Source of the DNA: Candidatus Ozemobacteraceae bacterium | Lineage (GTDB): Bacteria; Muiribacteriota; Ozemobacteria; Ozemobacterales; Ozemobacteraceae | Reading direction: 5' to 3' | Assembly: GCA_965140445.1 (NCBI GenBank) | Contig: OZ223236.1 | Location: 320,001 to 384,000 of the forward strand | DNA: 64,000 nucleotides | In this document: positions 8,477 to 18,324 of the stretch, piece by piece | How the letters are laid out: each line of letters begins with the position of its first letter | Numbering within the stretch: the stretch's first letter is position 1 | The notes under the pieces: generated by a model | Database searches by the model: none | Told to the model about the DNA's origin: nothing | What the model saw: the letters and a program-made list of their open reading frames with translations, nothing else | Position numbers and translations under genes: made by a program

Positions 8477-9555
8477 AAAACTCCTCCTGGCAGTAAATAA
8501 GAAGCAAGGTAAACATATAAGTATGAAATTCCACAGGTTAAAATTGCTAGATAAATAGCAGTTTTTCTTGAGAAAACACTGAAATACATTAAGAATAATT
8601 TAATATCAAACATTGGCCCAAGGACAAGGAATCCCATTTGCCCATAAAGAGGAACCGAACTTCTGAAAGAGGCTGCGACGAAAGCATCGGCCTCAGAGCA
8701 TAAATTAAGCGCAATGGCTAGAATCATCATCAAAAGAATCGAAACGCCCCTTCCAGACATCACCTCAATAACAGCCTGACGATCAAGCAATGTTTGTATA
8801 ACAGCGGCAAAAAATGCACCAACAACTAGAAAACAGCCAACCTCAACAAAATCCTGTGCTGCATGCCTAACAGCCTTTACCAGGCGATAAAAAAGGCCAC
8901 TTTTGGAATTGTTTGCATTAGCATGCTCGTCATGGGCGCACTCAGAATGTGAACAACACTTTGCCTCAACTTTTTGGTTATGTGAACTTTCACCACTTGA
9001 GCTTTCCTGCATGTTTTCGCTCAATCTCTCATTTTCTGGAATAGCCTTATTCATTATCCAGCCTACAGAAATGGCCACGAAGTAGCCCAAGCCAAGTCGA
9101 AGCAAAACTATTCGCCAGTCATAAAAATATGCTACAGCTGTGGAAGTTGCCACCAAGGGGTTAAAGATTGGCCCAGCCAACAAATATGCAATGGCAGCGG
9201 AGAACGGAATTCCTTTTTTCAAAAGTCTTCGAACAACTGGAACAATTGCGCATTCGCAAACAGGAAAAATAAACCCTATAGCGGCAGCTATAAAAACAGT
9301 GTATCGACTTTTTGAAGGCAAAATACTTACAACACGGTCTCTTGAAACAAATTCTTCAATCAGTCCTCCGGCCAGGGAGCCAATAAGCATGAAAGGAATT
9401 GCTTCAAACAGAATGCTGAGAAAAACAATAGAAAAGGTTCTCATTTTTTCTGTTTCGGGCCAGAAAAACGCAAATGCTGTTGCAATAATTACAAAAATTC
9501 TTGGGGCGAAAAACTCTATTTTTTGAATTATTCCTTTTTTTGGCTTAACTGTCAT
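8473..9555 (-). CDS. DUF318/ArsP-like permease (YcgR-like)
   Basis: EAIPF, FPVCECAIVPVVRRL, LCSEADAF, LVLGPMFDIK, and a central His/Cys loop. Confidence 0.88.
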   Translation of the reverse strand: MTVKPKKGIIQKIEFFAPRIFVIIATAFAFFWPETEKMRTFSIVFLSILFEAIPFMLIGSLAGGLIEEFVSRDRVVSILPSKSRYTVFIAAAIGFIFPVCECAIVPVVRRLLKKGIPFSAAIAYLLAGPIFNPLVATSTAVAYFYDWRIVLLRLGLGYFVAISVGWIMNKAIPENERLSENMQESSSGESSHNQKVEAKCCSHSECAHDEHANANNSKSGLFYRLVKAVRHAAQDFVEVGCFLVVGAFFAAVIQTLLDRQAVIEVMSGRGVSILLMMILAIALNLCSEADAFVAASFRSSVPLYGQMGFLVLGPMFDIKLFLMYFSVFSRKTAIYLAILTCGISYLYVYLASYLLPGGVL

Positions 9556-9556
9556 A

Positions 9557-10438
9557 TTAATTTGATTCCGAAGCGTTTTTGGGGTCTTTTACCCGAACTT
9601 TTGCGGGCAAAAGAGTTGTTACTAATAGTGTTAGAAAGTAGCAGCCACCGGCTAACACGATAGTCAGAGCGCCAGAAGGCAAATCAGGCTCATAACTCAG
9701 AACCAGACCAGCCGTTGTAAATAAGGTTCCAGCAAAAATTGATGAAATCATGATAGCCCACAGGCGATTAAAGAATTTAGTTGAAATAGCAACAGGAAGA
9801 GTTAATAAGGCTATAACCATTATAATTCCCACAATGTTTACCATCAAAACAACTGTCAAAGCGACAATACAAAGCAAAAGCATATAAAAGGCTTTTACCG
9901 GCATCCCTCTTGTTCTTGAAAACTCTTCATCAAAACACACTGCCAATAGTTGATTATAAAAAATCAGAACCAGACTTATTACAACTGCGTCCAGAGCCAA
10001 CATTAAATATATATCCGCTTGCGAAACCATTAAAATGTTTCCAAACAAATAGCTCATCAAATCTTCATTGTAACCTGGAGTTTTAAAGATAAAAAGAATC
10101 CCACAGGCCATCCCGAAAGCCCATAGAGAGCTAATTACCGTATCTTCTCTTTCCTTTGAGTTTAAGCTTACAAGTCCAATAATTATCGCCGAGACTACCG
10201 CGGAAATTACGGCTCCCACAGATGGTGTAAGCCATTCCCAGCCCCATACAGTTGAGAAATATTTTGCTGCTCCAAGTCCACCTAGAATACAATGAGCAAT
10301 CGCAGCAGCAATATAAGTAATTCTTCTTACAACTACGTAGGTTCCAACAATGCCACCAGCAATACTGCACAAAAACCCTGCAATAATAGCGTTTTGAAGG
10401 AACCCATGATTCGCTAAATCTGTCAGGAATGAGGACAT
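9557..10438 (-). CDS. znuB: Zn/Mn ABC transporter permease
   Basis: ABC-3 family motifs GTYVVVRR..IAH, YLFGNIL, FDEEF. Start moved to ATG 10438 after a GGAGG SD. Confidence 0.88.
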   Translation of the reverse strand: MSSFLTDLANHGFLQNAIIAGFLCSIAGGIVGTYVVVRRITYIAAAIAHCILGGLGAAKYFSTVWGWEWLTPSVGAVISAVVSAIIIGLVSLNSKEREDTVISSLWAFGMACGILFIFKTPGYNEDLMSYLFGNILMVSQADIYLMLALDAVVISLVLIFYNQLLAVCFDEEFSRTRGMPVKAFYMLLLCIVALTVVLMVNIVGIIMVIALLTLPVAISTKFFNRLWAIMISSIFAGTLFTTAGLVLSYEPDLPSGALTIVLAGGCYFLTLLVTTLLPAKVRVKDPKNASESN

Positions 10439-11202
10439 GAATGGCCCTCCTCTGAACACCTATGATCGTGCCTTATAATATGCACATCAAGGCCATAGAT
10501 TTTTTGAAGAACCTCTCCAGTTAATTCAGAAGTGGGGTGAATCTGAAGGGTTTGACGAATACAGATTACGCTTTTCACTTTTTTGGAAACAAAGCCAATA
10601 TCATGTGAAACAATCATGATGCTATACTTTTGATTTAGCGTTTCAAATAAATCATATAGCTTTTCTGTACCATGAACATCAACATTTGCTGTTGGTTCAT
10701 CGAGAAGTAAAAGTTTTGGCTCGCTGACCAGAGCTCTTGCAAGCAGAACCCTCTGACGCTGTCCTCCGGAGAGTTCACAAAAACCTTTGCTTGCTATATC
10801 ACCAGCACCAACTACTTCAAGTACTTCTCCAGCTTTCCGTTTTTGCTCTTTACTGTATCTTCCCCAGCTAAAAGAACTATTTAGGCACCCCATCAAAACA
10901 ACTTCCATAACACTTACAGGAAAACTTGCATCAAATTTTGCCACCTGCGGAACATAGCCAATAGAGGAAAGAGCAGACTCTGGCTTACTACCGAAAACTT
11001 CAACTGTTCCTTTTGAAGGCTTAATCAGTCCAAGAATCAGCTTTATAAAAGTTGTCTTGCCTCCCCCGTTAGGGCCAACAATACAAGCAAAATCCCCTGG
11101 TGCAACGTCCACATTTACATTTTGTAAAACCGTAATTCCATCTTCGTAGGCAAAATCAACGTCAGTGAACTTAATTATTGGGGAAGTTGTGGAGGAGATC
11201 AT
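10423..11202 (-). CDS. znuC: Zn/Mn ABC transporter ATP-binding protein
   Basis: GPNGGGKTT, LSGGQRQR, LLLDEP, His/Cys-rich C-terminus. Confidence 0.9.
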   Translation of the reverse strand: MISSTTSPIIKFTDVDFAYEDGITVLQNVNVDVAPGDFACIVGPNGGGKTTFIKLILGLIKPSKGTVEVFGSKPESALSSIGYVPQVAKFDASFPVSVMEVVLMGCLNSSFSWGRYSKEQKRKAGEVLEVVGAGDIASKGFCELSGGQRQRVLLARALVSEPKLLLLDEPTANVDVHGTEKLYDLFETLNQKYSIMIVSHDIGFVSKKVKSVICIRQTLQIHPTSELTGEVLQKIYGLDVHIIRHDHRCSEEGHSCPHS

Positions 11203-12131
11203 TTTTCATTCTCAACAGAATCTGGATATCCTGCTCTTAAAGCGGAGGCCAGGTCATTAAGATTTTTAAGATAATCTTCCTGTAAAGGATCTATTTGAAC
11301 AACTTTTCCTGAAATCGCATTCGCTATGGTTTGTGCAGCCTTTGTTGAAAACTGTTTTTGCACAAAGATTATTTTTACCTTTTCTTGCTTAGCTTTTCGA
11401 ATGAGACCAACCATCTGCCTTGGAGTGGGTTCTTTTCCTTCAATTTCGATGGCTTCCTGCAACAAACCGAATCTGTCCGCAAAATATCCAAAAGCTGGAT
11501 GAAAAACCAGCATGATATTGCCCTTTAATGGCGCCAAAGTTTTAGATAGTTCATCAGTAAGTTTATCAAGCTCTTTTGAAAAGAGGACAAGATTTGAATT
11601 AAATAACTCAGATTTGTCTGGAAATACTGTTTTTAAGGCTTTTGCTATGTTTTCAGCCTGTTTTTTTACCAGGACTGGATCTAACCAAATATGTGGGTCC
11701 AAGGAACCTTCTTCATGGCCACATTCGTCTTCGCAGTCATGAGCGGCCTTCATTACTCTTTTTTTTATCCCTTCATCAGTGGAAACTATTTTTAATTCAG
11801 GATTTAAAGACTTCAACCTCTCCAGAAAAGCGTTCTCAAAAGGGACCCCAATGCTGAAATAAATTGAAGCATTACTTAATCCAGTAACCTGCCTTGGGGT
11901 TGGTTCATACGTTGAAGGTGAGTGACCTGGTTTAACCATCACTTCTACTTCAACTAAGGACCCAGCAATCTTTTCAACAAAGTATTTTTGAGGGAGAATG
12001 CTAACAAAAATTTTATTTGTCTTTTCGTGAAAATCTGCGCCCCATAATGGGGCGCTGATAATTATACTGAAAAACAGGCAGAGAACTTTGAAAACAATTC
12101 TCTTACCAGAATTATTCGGGGCAGTAGTCAT
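11199..12131 (-). CDS. znuA: Zn/Mn ABC transporter substrate-binding protein
   Basis: Signal peptide, SPSTYEPTP, acidic His loop, DPHIWLDP, HPAFGYF. Confidence 0.9.
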   Translation of the reverse strand: MTTAPNNSGKRIVFKVLCLFFSIIISAPLWGADFHEKTNKIFVSILPQKYFVEKIAGSLVEVEVMVKPGHSPSTYEPTPRQVTGLSNASIYFSIGVPFENAFLERLKSLNPELKIVSTDEGIKKRVMKAAHDCEDECGHEEGSLDPHIWLDPVLVKKQAENIAKALKTVFPDKSELFNSNLVLFSKELDKLTDELSKTLAPLKGNIMLVFHPAFGYFADRFGLLQEAIEIEGKEPTPRQMVGLIRKAKQEKVKIIFVQKQFSTKAAQTIANAISGKVVQIDPLQEDYLKNLNDLASALRAGYPDSVENEK

Positions 12132-12393
12132 GATTTTCTTCGTCAGCTTCCTTACAGATAAAGTGAGTTTCAGCGCATTTCATACACTTCTTCAGTTCAT
12201 GAGTTTCAGCAAATTTTTCCCAACAGGTCAACTGGGATGGTGTGAGAACACCTGAACCATTACACATTGGGCAAGTACTATTCAATGCTTCAAGAATAGC
12301 CTTTCTAATAAACTCAGATCTATTTGGCATAGCCTGCAATATCTCTAGTAATTTTGGATCAACCTTGAAAGTAACCGTATCAGCCTTTTTCAA
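12112..12393 (-). CDS. Ribbon-helix-helix (CopG-like) regulator with Cys-rich C-terminal domain
   Basis: TVTFKVD...NRSEFIRKAI RHH pattern followed by CPMCNGSG, H..KKCMKC..H..C. First gene of the znu operon; TTG start. Confidence 0.75.
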   Translation of the reverse strand: MKKADTVTFKVDPKLLEILQAMPNRSEFIRKAILEALNSTCPMCNGSGVLTPSQLTCWEKFAETHELKKCMKCAETHFICKEADEENHDYCPE

Positions 12394-12456
12394 ACTCCAA
12401 CCTCCGCTCTGTATTATAAAATGTCACCGAATCAAATTCAAGCCTTAACAGAGAAT

Positions 12457-13821
12457 TTACAAAAATACTCTATCCAAAGCTTCCTTTATTGTCTCTACTT
12501 TGATTATACCATCTTGTTCTTTTATTTCACTTTGTTTTGAAACCATGAACCTTTTAAAACCAAATCTTCGCCCTTCATTTATTCTTCTATCTATTTGCGA
12601 GACTGGTCTAATTTCTCCCGTAAGTGTCAATTCTCCTGCTAGAAGCAAATCAGACGGAACTGCCTTATCAAAAGCACTCCCAGCCATTGCCATAGCCAAA
12701 CCCAAATCACCTCCTGGCTCTGAAAGTTTCAATCCTCCCGCCACGTTTACAAACACATCTCTGTTATAAAACTTCATCCCTCCATGCTTTTCCAGAACCG
12801 CGAGAACAAGATTCAATTTATTTGAATCCACCCCCGAAACAACGCGGCGAGGCATGGGCAAAAAGGATTGAGTAACCAAAGACTGCAGCTCAGTCAAAAT
12901 GCATCTGGAACCCTGCAAAACAGGAACAACTACAACTCCTGAAGACTCCAGACGTTTTCTACTTACAAATAAGTCTGACGGGTTAGTTATTGGAAGAAGG
13001 CCTTTATCTGTCATCTGAAAAACCGCGACTTCCCCCGTTGCCCCAAATCTATTTTTGAAAACCCGTAAAATTCTAAAATTAGAGTTCACATCGCCCTCAA
13101 AATAGAGGACAGTATCAACAATATGTTCCAGTATTTTCGGGCCAGCAATAGCTCCATCCTTGGTCACATGACCAATAATAAATACTGGCAGGCCTCTATC
13201 TTTTCCAAACCTGGTAAGAATAGCGGCACACTCCCGGATTTGACTAACAGATCCTGGAGTTGAATCCATTTGAGAGGTAAAAACGGTTTGAATTGAATCA
13301 ACAATCAGCAATCTTGGAAGATGATTTATAACTCCTTGCAAAGCAGAGTCGATATTTTGTTCAGATAGCAAAATAATATTTTCACCACTTCCAACTCTCA
13401 ATCTTTCAGCGCGAAGTTTTATCTGAGTTGCAGACTCTTCCCCGGAAAGATATGCAAGCGGCTTTAAATTAACCCCAAGTCGGGCAGCTAATTGAAGCAT
13501 GAAAGTTGATTTTCCGACTCCCGGTTCGCCTCCGATGAGTGTTATACCACCAGGAACAATTCCTCCGCCTATAAGCTCATCGAAAATATCGATACCACTG
13601 GCCCAGCGAGAGATGTCTTCGACCTTTATATCATCCAGAGACTGAAACATTGAATAGCTTGAAGAATCATTAATTCCCATTGCAGGCATTTTTCTTCCTG
13701 AAGGCTGAATCTTTTCCTGGACAAGAGTGTTCCATTCCTGACAACCAGAGCACTGGCCCTGCCATTTAGTATGGGGGTGCCCGCAACTTTGGCACAGGAA
13801 TGAGGTTCTAACTTTTGCCAT
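12457..13821 (-). CDS. radA: DNA repair protein RadA/Sms
   Basis: C4 zinc finger, GGEPGVGKST, KNRFG, Lon-like C-terminal domain. Confidence 0.97.
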   Translation of the reverse strand: MAKVRTSFLCQSCGHPHTKWQGQCSGCQEWNTLVQEKIQPSGRKMPAMGINDSSSYSMFQSLDDIKVEDISRWASGIDIFDELIGGGIVPGGITLIGGEPGVGKSTFMLQLAARLGVNLKPLAYLSGEESATQIKLRAERLRVGSGENIILLSEQNIDSALQGVINHLPRLLIVDSIQTVFTSQMDSTPGSVSQIRECAAILTRFGKDRGLPVFIIGHVTKDGAIAGPKILEHIVDTVLYFEGDVNSNFRILRVFKNRFGATGEVAVFQMTDKGLLPITNPSDLFVSRKRLESSGVVVVPVLQGSRCILTELQSLVTQSFLPMPRRVVSGVDSNKLNLVLAVLEKHGGMKFYNRDVFVNVAGGLKLSEPGGDLGLAMAMAGSAFDKAVPSDLLLAGELTLTGEIRPVSQIDRRINEGRRFGFKRFMVSKQSEIKEQDGIIKVETIKEALDRVFL

Positions 13822-16784
13822 TACTTCTTTTTACCCTTTTTCTCGGTTTTGCTGTCTTTTTCCGCTTTGGTAGCTTTACTACTTCTAGCAGCTTTATTAC
13901 TGCTGGATGATTTTGGAGATTTCTTTTTTTCTTTTTGAATATGCCCTCTGCTGAATTCTTCTGCGAGGAATTTTCCCGTAAGTGAATCGGGATTTGCAGC
14001 AACCTCTTCAGGTGTGCCCTGAGCAACGATCTGTCCGCCACCTTCTCCGCCTTCTGGGCCCAGGTCAATTATATAATCCGCCGTCTTTATAACGTCCAAA
14101 TTATGTTCAACAACCACAATGGTATTTCCCTTATCAACAAGCCTCTTTAGAACGCTCAGCAAACACTTGACGTCCTGAAAATGAAGTCCTGTGGTTGGTT
14201 CATCCAGGAGGTAAAAAGTTGATCCGGTAGCCATTTTTGAGAGCTCTGTGGCTAATTTTATTCTCTGGGCTTCCCCCCCTGAAAGGGTTGTGCTGGCCTG
14301 TCCCAGGGTAATGTATCCAAGTCCAACATCATTTAATGTTTTAAGTTTGCGATGAATAGCTCTAAATGGTTCAAAAAAGTGGAAAGCATCTTTAACAGTC
14401 ATATTGAGAACTTCAGCAATATTTAGTCCTTTGAATTTAACCTTTAAAGTTTCATCGTTAAACCTCAAACCCTTACATTGCTCGCATGTAACATAAACAT
14501 CAGGCAAAAAATGCATTTCGATCTGAATTTGTCCAGATCCTTCACAAACCTCACAACGTCCACCCTTAACGTTAAAACTAAATCTTCCAGGTAAATATCC
14601 TCGAGTTTTTGCTTCAACCGTCTGTGCAAAAAGATCTCTTACCGGAGTAAAAATGCCGGTATAAGTAGCCGGATTGGATCTTGGGGTTCTTCCAATTGGG
14701 TTTTGATCAATATTGACAACCTTATCAATGAATTCCAGGCCTTCAAGTTTCTTGAACTTGCCAACATCATGACGAGACCTATTTATCAGATTGTTTAAAA
14801 GTGGATAAAGAGTGTCGCTAACCAAGCTGGACTTTCCAGATCCAGAGACCCCTGTAACCACAATTAGTTTCCCAAGGGGAATTTTAACATCAATATTTTT
14901 CAAATTATTATGGGTCGCGCCAAGCAACTTTATAAACTTTCCGTTGCCTTCCCGTCTTTCAGCCGGAATAGAAATAAACTCCCTGCCCGAAAGAAACTTT
15001 CCTGTCATGCTACCGTCAAAGGCAATTACCTCAGCAGGAGTTCCATCCACAACTAATGTTCCACCCTCCACACCAGCTCCTGGTCCCAAATCAATAAGGT
15101 GATCTGCTTCAACCATAATTTCACGGTCATGCTCAACGACTAAAACTGTATTACCAATGTCTCTAAGCTGCTTAAGAGTATCAATCAAACGACGATTGTC
15201 CCGTGGATGCAAGCCAATACTGGGTTCATCAAGAACATAAGTAATGCCTACCAGAGCTGAACCAATCTGAGTAGCAAGTCTGATCCTCTGAGCCTCTCCT
15301 CCAGAGAGGGTGTGAGCTGCCCTGGACAAATTCAAATAATCAAGCCCAACATCTTTTAGAAATTTAAGCCTGCTTCTTATTTGCTCTAACACCTTTTTAC
15401 AAATAAAGGCTTCTCTTTTAGACAATTCCATCTCATTGAAAAAATCAACCAGATCACCAACCGAATGCTGGGTCATGTCATGAATATTTTCGTCCTTTAC
15501 CTTTACTGCAAGTGCTACGGGGCCAAGTCTTTTTCCATCACACTCCTGACATGATTGGGTTCTCATAAACCTTTCATAAAAACGCCTTGCACCTTCAGAA
15601 CGAGTCTCTTTATATCTTCGAGAAAGAGTCGGAATAACTCCCTCAAAAGGCTTACTGATAGATCCAGCCATGGTTCTACCCTTGTAGTTCACATTTATAA
15701 CCTTGTTTCCGGAACCATACAAAATTGCATTTTTGGCTTCGGCTGATAAGTCCTTATAGGGAGTATTCATGGAAAAGCTATAGTGTTTTGCGAGCCCTTC
15801 CATCCATTGTCGGGAAAAAGTTGCATCGGTAAAATTCTCAGACGCAATTGCCCCCTGTCCAACAGATAGTTTTTCATCAGGAATCACTAATTCAGGATCA
15901 ACGATAAGTTGAAAGCCTAATCCGGAACAGCAAGAACAGGAACCATAGGGCGCGTTAAAAGAAAAAAGCCTGGGTTTAATTTCAGGCAAACTAATTTCGC
16001 AGTGGCTGCATCTAAGATTTTCGCTGAATAGTTTTTCAGTTTCTTCCTCAGATTCAGGGGTTTTAACTATCACCAAAAGTTGGCCATCAGCGAGTTTGAA
16101 ACAGAGTTCAACACCTTCCTGCAGGCGGGCAGCAGTCATCTCTTCTTCGTCTTTTGAGAGTCTGACTCTGTCGACAGCGACCTCTATGTTGTGCTTTTTA
16201 TTGCGGTCAAGTTCAGGAAAATCTTCATCGTCAAGGCTCCAAAGATTACCATCAATTCTCACTCTTGAAAGACCTTCGCGTGAAAGTTCCTCAAAGATTT
16301 TCACAAATTCACCCTTCCTGCTTCTGACGATTGGTGCCAAAAGAGTAAATCTTGTATTTTCAGGAAGCTTCATCAAGCTATTAACAATCTGAGAAGGTGA
16401 TGAACTTGCAACTTCGCGTCCACAATCCGGACAATGGGGAGTTCCCACCGCAGCAAAAAGCAAACGAAAATAGTCATATAGTTCGGTTATTGTGCCAACG
16501 GTTGAACGTGGATTTCTGGACGTGGACTTTTGCTGAATAGCAATTGTAGGTGATAGTCCTTCAATGCTTTCTACATCCGGCTTTTCCATTTGCTGCAAAA
16601 ACTGTCTTGCATAAGTGGAAAGGGATTCCATATATCGACGCTGCCCTTCGGCATGGATGGTATCAAAAGCTAGTGAGGATTTACCAGAACCCGAAACACC
16701 AGTAATTACTGTAAGGGTTTTTCTTGGAATGTTTATAGAAAGATCTTTAAGATTGTGAACCTTGGCTTTGACTACGCGTATCAT
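13821..16784 (-). CDS. uvrA: Excinuclease ABC subunit A
   Basis: Two GVSGSGKSS Walker A motifs, two LSGGEAQRI signatures, zinc fingers. Confidence 0.98.
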   Translation of the reverse strand: MIRVVKAKVHNLKDLSINIPRKTLTVITGVSGSGKSSLAFDTIHAEGQRRYMESLSTYARQFLQQMEKPDVESIEGLSPTIAIQQKSTSRNPRSTVGTITELYDYFRLLFAAVGTPHCPDCGREVASSSPSQIVNSLMKLPENTRFTLLAPIVRSRKGEFVKIFEELSREGLSRVRIDGNLWSLDDEDFPELDRNKKHNIEVAVDRVRLSKDEEEMTAARLQEGVELCFKLADGQLLVIVKTPESEEETEKLFSENLRCSHCEISLPEIKPRLFSFNAPYGSCSCCSGLGFQLIVDPELVIPDEKLSVGQGAIASENFTDATFSRQWMEGLAKHYSFSMNTPYKDLSAEAKNAILYGSGNKVINVNYKGRTMAGSISKPFEGVIPTLSRRYKETRSEGARRFYERFMRTQSCQECDGKRLGPVALAVKVKDENIHDMTQHSVGDLVDFFNEMELSKREAFICKKVLEQIRSRLKFLKDVGLDYLNLSRAAHTLSGGEAQRIRLATQIGSALVGITYVLDEPSIGLHPRDNRRLIDTLKQLRDIGNTVLVVEHDREIMVEADHLIDLGPGAGVEGGTLVVDGTPAEVIAFDGSMTGKFLSGREFISIPAERREGNGKFIKLLGATHNNLKNIDVKIPLGKLIVVTGVSGSGKSSLVSDTLYPLLNNLINRSRHDVGKFKKLEGLEFIDKVVNIDQNPIGRTPRSNPATYTGIFTPVRDLFAQTVEAKTRGYLPGRFSFNVKGGRCEVCEGSGQIQIEMHFLPDVYVTCEQCKGLRFNDETLKVKFKGLNIAEVLNMTVKDAFHFFEPFRAIHRKLKTLNDVGLGYITLGQASTTLSGGEAQRIKLATELSKMATGSTFYLLDEPTTGLHFQDVKCLLSVLKRLVDKGNTIVVVEHNLDVIKTADYIIDLGPEGGEGGGQIVAQGTPEEVAANPDSLTGKFLAEEFSRGHIQKEKKKSPKSSSSNKAARSSKATKAEKDSKTEKKGKKK

Positions 16785-16796
16785 TTTGGCTCTAAA

Positions 16797-17555
16797 CTAT
16801 CGCCAATCGTATTGAATTACACTTGCCTGAGTCGGATTTTTGACCTCTTTACCTTCAAAAGTAACCTTATAAAATCCAGAAACTTTGATTCGTTTTCTAG
16901 GGTTACGTTTTGGGAAGACTTCAACCAGACCATTTTTTACTACAACTTCACCCTGGTCTTTTCGCCTATCGTAAATAATCTTAAAGAGGCCTGAGGCGCC
17001 CATAACAACGACGTCGCCAACCTCTACTTCTAATAAATCGCGGCCATCAAGAGCAATCGCAACAGTCAGTTCACCACTGACTAATTTGGCGGTCTCCTTT
17101 TCTATTTTGTTTTCTTTTTTTGCTAATTGGGGAGTGAAAACAGTCATTTCTGATTCCTCAGAAAGCTTTAGAACGTTTTCCAGTTGAAGCTGGACTTCAA
17201 CAGAAGATTTTTTTTCGGTTTTGAAAGAATATTCTTTATCAAAATCAAATTTCTTTTTCAGGTTATCCCAGACGCCAAGATCTCGGCACTTTACTTTTCC
17301 AGAATATTTGATGACTTTTGAAACCATTAATTCTTCGCGCTCTTTTTTAAACTCAAGCTGCGCAGATCTTTTCTGCATTACATTAATGAAGACAAAAATA
17401 AATACCACAGCAACAAAAGCAATAATACCAATTATCAGCTTTCTTTTATTCTCAGCCGCTTCTTGAACAGCTTTCGCTGCCTTTTCTCGCTCAATTTGTA
17501 ATTTTTTTAGAGCTCTATGATCTAGTTTTTCTAGTTGATGCCACTTTTTAGCCAT
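16797..17555 (-). CDS. Membrane-anchored protein with FecR-like beta domain
   Basis: Basic coiled N-terminus, one TM helix, then FKTEKKSSVEVQL..LKLSEESEM..LVSGEL..VVVKNGLVEV, a FecR-type pattern. Confidence 0.6.
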   Translation of the reverse strand: MAKKWHQLEKLDHRALKKLQIEREKAAKAVQEAAENKRKLIIGIIAFVAVVFIFVFINVMQKRSAQLEFKKEREELMVSKVIKYSGKVKCRDLGVWDNLKKKFDFDKEYSFKTEKKSSVEVQLQLENVLKLSEESEMTVFTPQLAKKENKIEKETAKLVSGELTVAIALDGRDLLEVEVGDVVVMGASGLFKIIYDRRKDQGEVVVKNGLVEVFPKRNPRKRIKVSGFYKVTFEGKEVKNPTQASVIQYDWR

Positions 17556-17578
17556 GCTGTTGTAGTTTACCGATTATC

Positions 17579-18322
17579 CTAGAATGTATCAATACCCACC
17601 TGTGGTGTAGCCATTATTGAGTTTTCCTTGAAAACATTAACGTCTTTTGGGTATAGGGTATGTATTTTAACTGAAATTGGAAAAAAGTCCACCGGTTTTT
17701 CTGGAGGAATAGTTCCAGCAACAGAAAATTCAACGAATTCAACGTCTCTAACCAGCACCCTTTCACGGTTTCCCTTTTTCAATGGAGTTAGATTAAGTTT
17801 TCCAGATCTGGCATGATCATTTTTTGCGTCAGTCTTAAATGAAAATGCTTCAGACTTTATCCTGAGATTGCCAACTGGTCCTTTTTTAGTGCTTTGTCTA
17901 AAATCCAGATACAACTCATTTTTTACAATTTTGCCCGGTTCTGCAGGCGGTTTTTCCGGGTCACAGACCACCCAGCTCATAACTTTTATCTCACCTGCGG
18001 ATGGAGCAAAAATCTTTTCGCCATCCTTCAAAATTTTCATATAAAATTTTGCTGGCACAGAAATATCAGAGTTTTCACAAGGATCGTAGAAAGTATCAGA
18101 AAAAATAGTAGTTGGATAGGTTGAACTTCTAATTTCTTTGCTGAGCAAACTGAGGGTGTTCCTTAGTTCATCAACAGTTCCACTGATCCATTGCCCTCTT
18201 CCAGCGGTTTTACTTCCACCGATAAAGAGCTTGTACACACCGCTCATAAAAAGAGCCATTACAAAAACAGCTATCATAACCTCAACAAGGGTAAAAGCTC
18301 GGGAGCAATTCCTTCTTCTCAT
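17579..18322 (-). CDS. Type IV prepilin-like protein (PilW/GspJ-like)
   Basis: Class III signal peptide RA|FTLVEVMIA with Glu at +5. Confidence 0.8.
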   Translation of the reverse strand: MRRRNCSRAFTLVEVMIAVFVMALFMSGVYKLFIGGSKTAGRGQWISGTVDELRNTLSLLSKEIRSSTYPTTIFSDTFYDPCENSDISVPAKFYMKILKDGEKIFAPSAGEIKVMSWVVCDPEKPPAEPGKIVKNELYLDFRQSTKKGPVGNLRIKSEAFSFKTDAKNDHARSGKLNLTPLKKGNRERVLVRDVEFVEFSVAGTIPPEKPVDFFPISVKIHTLYPKDVNVFKENSIMATPQVGIDTF

Positions 18323-18324
18323 TT

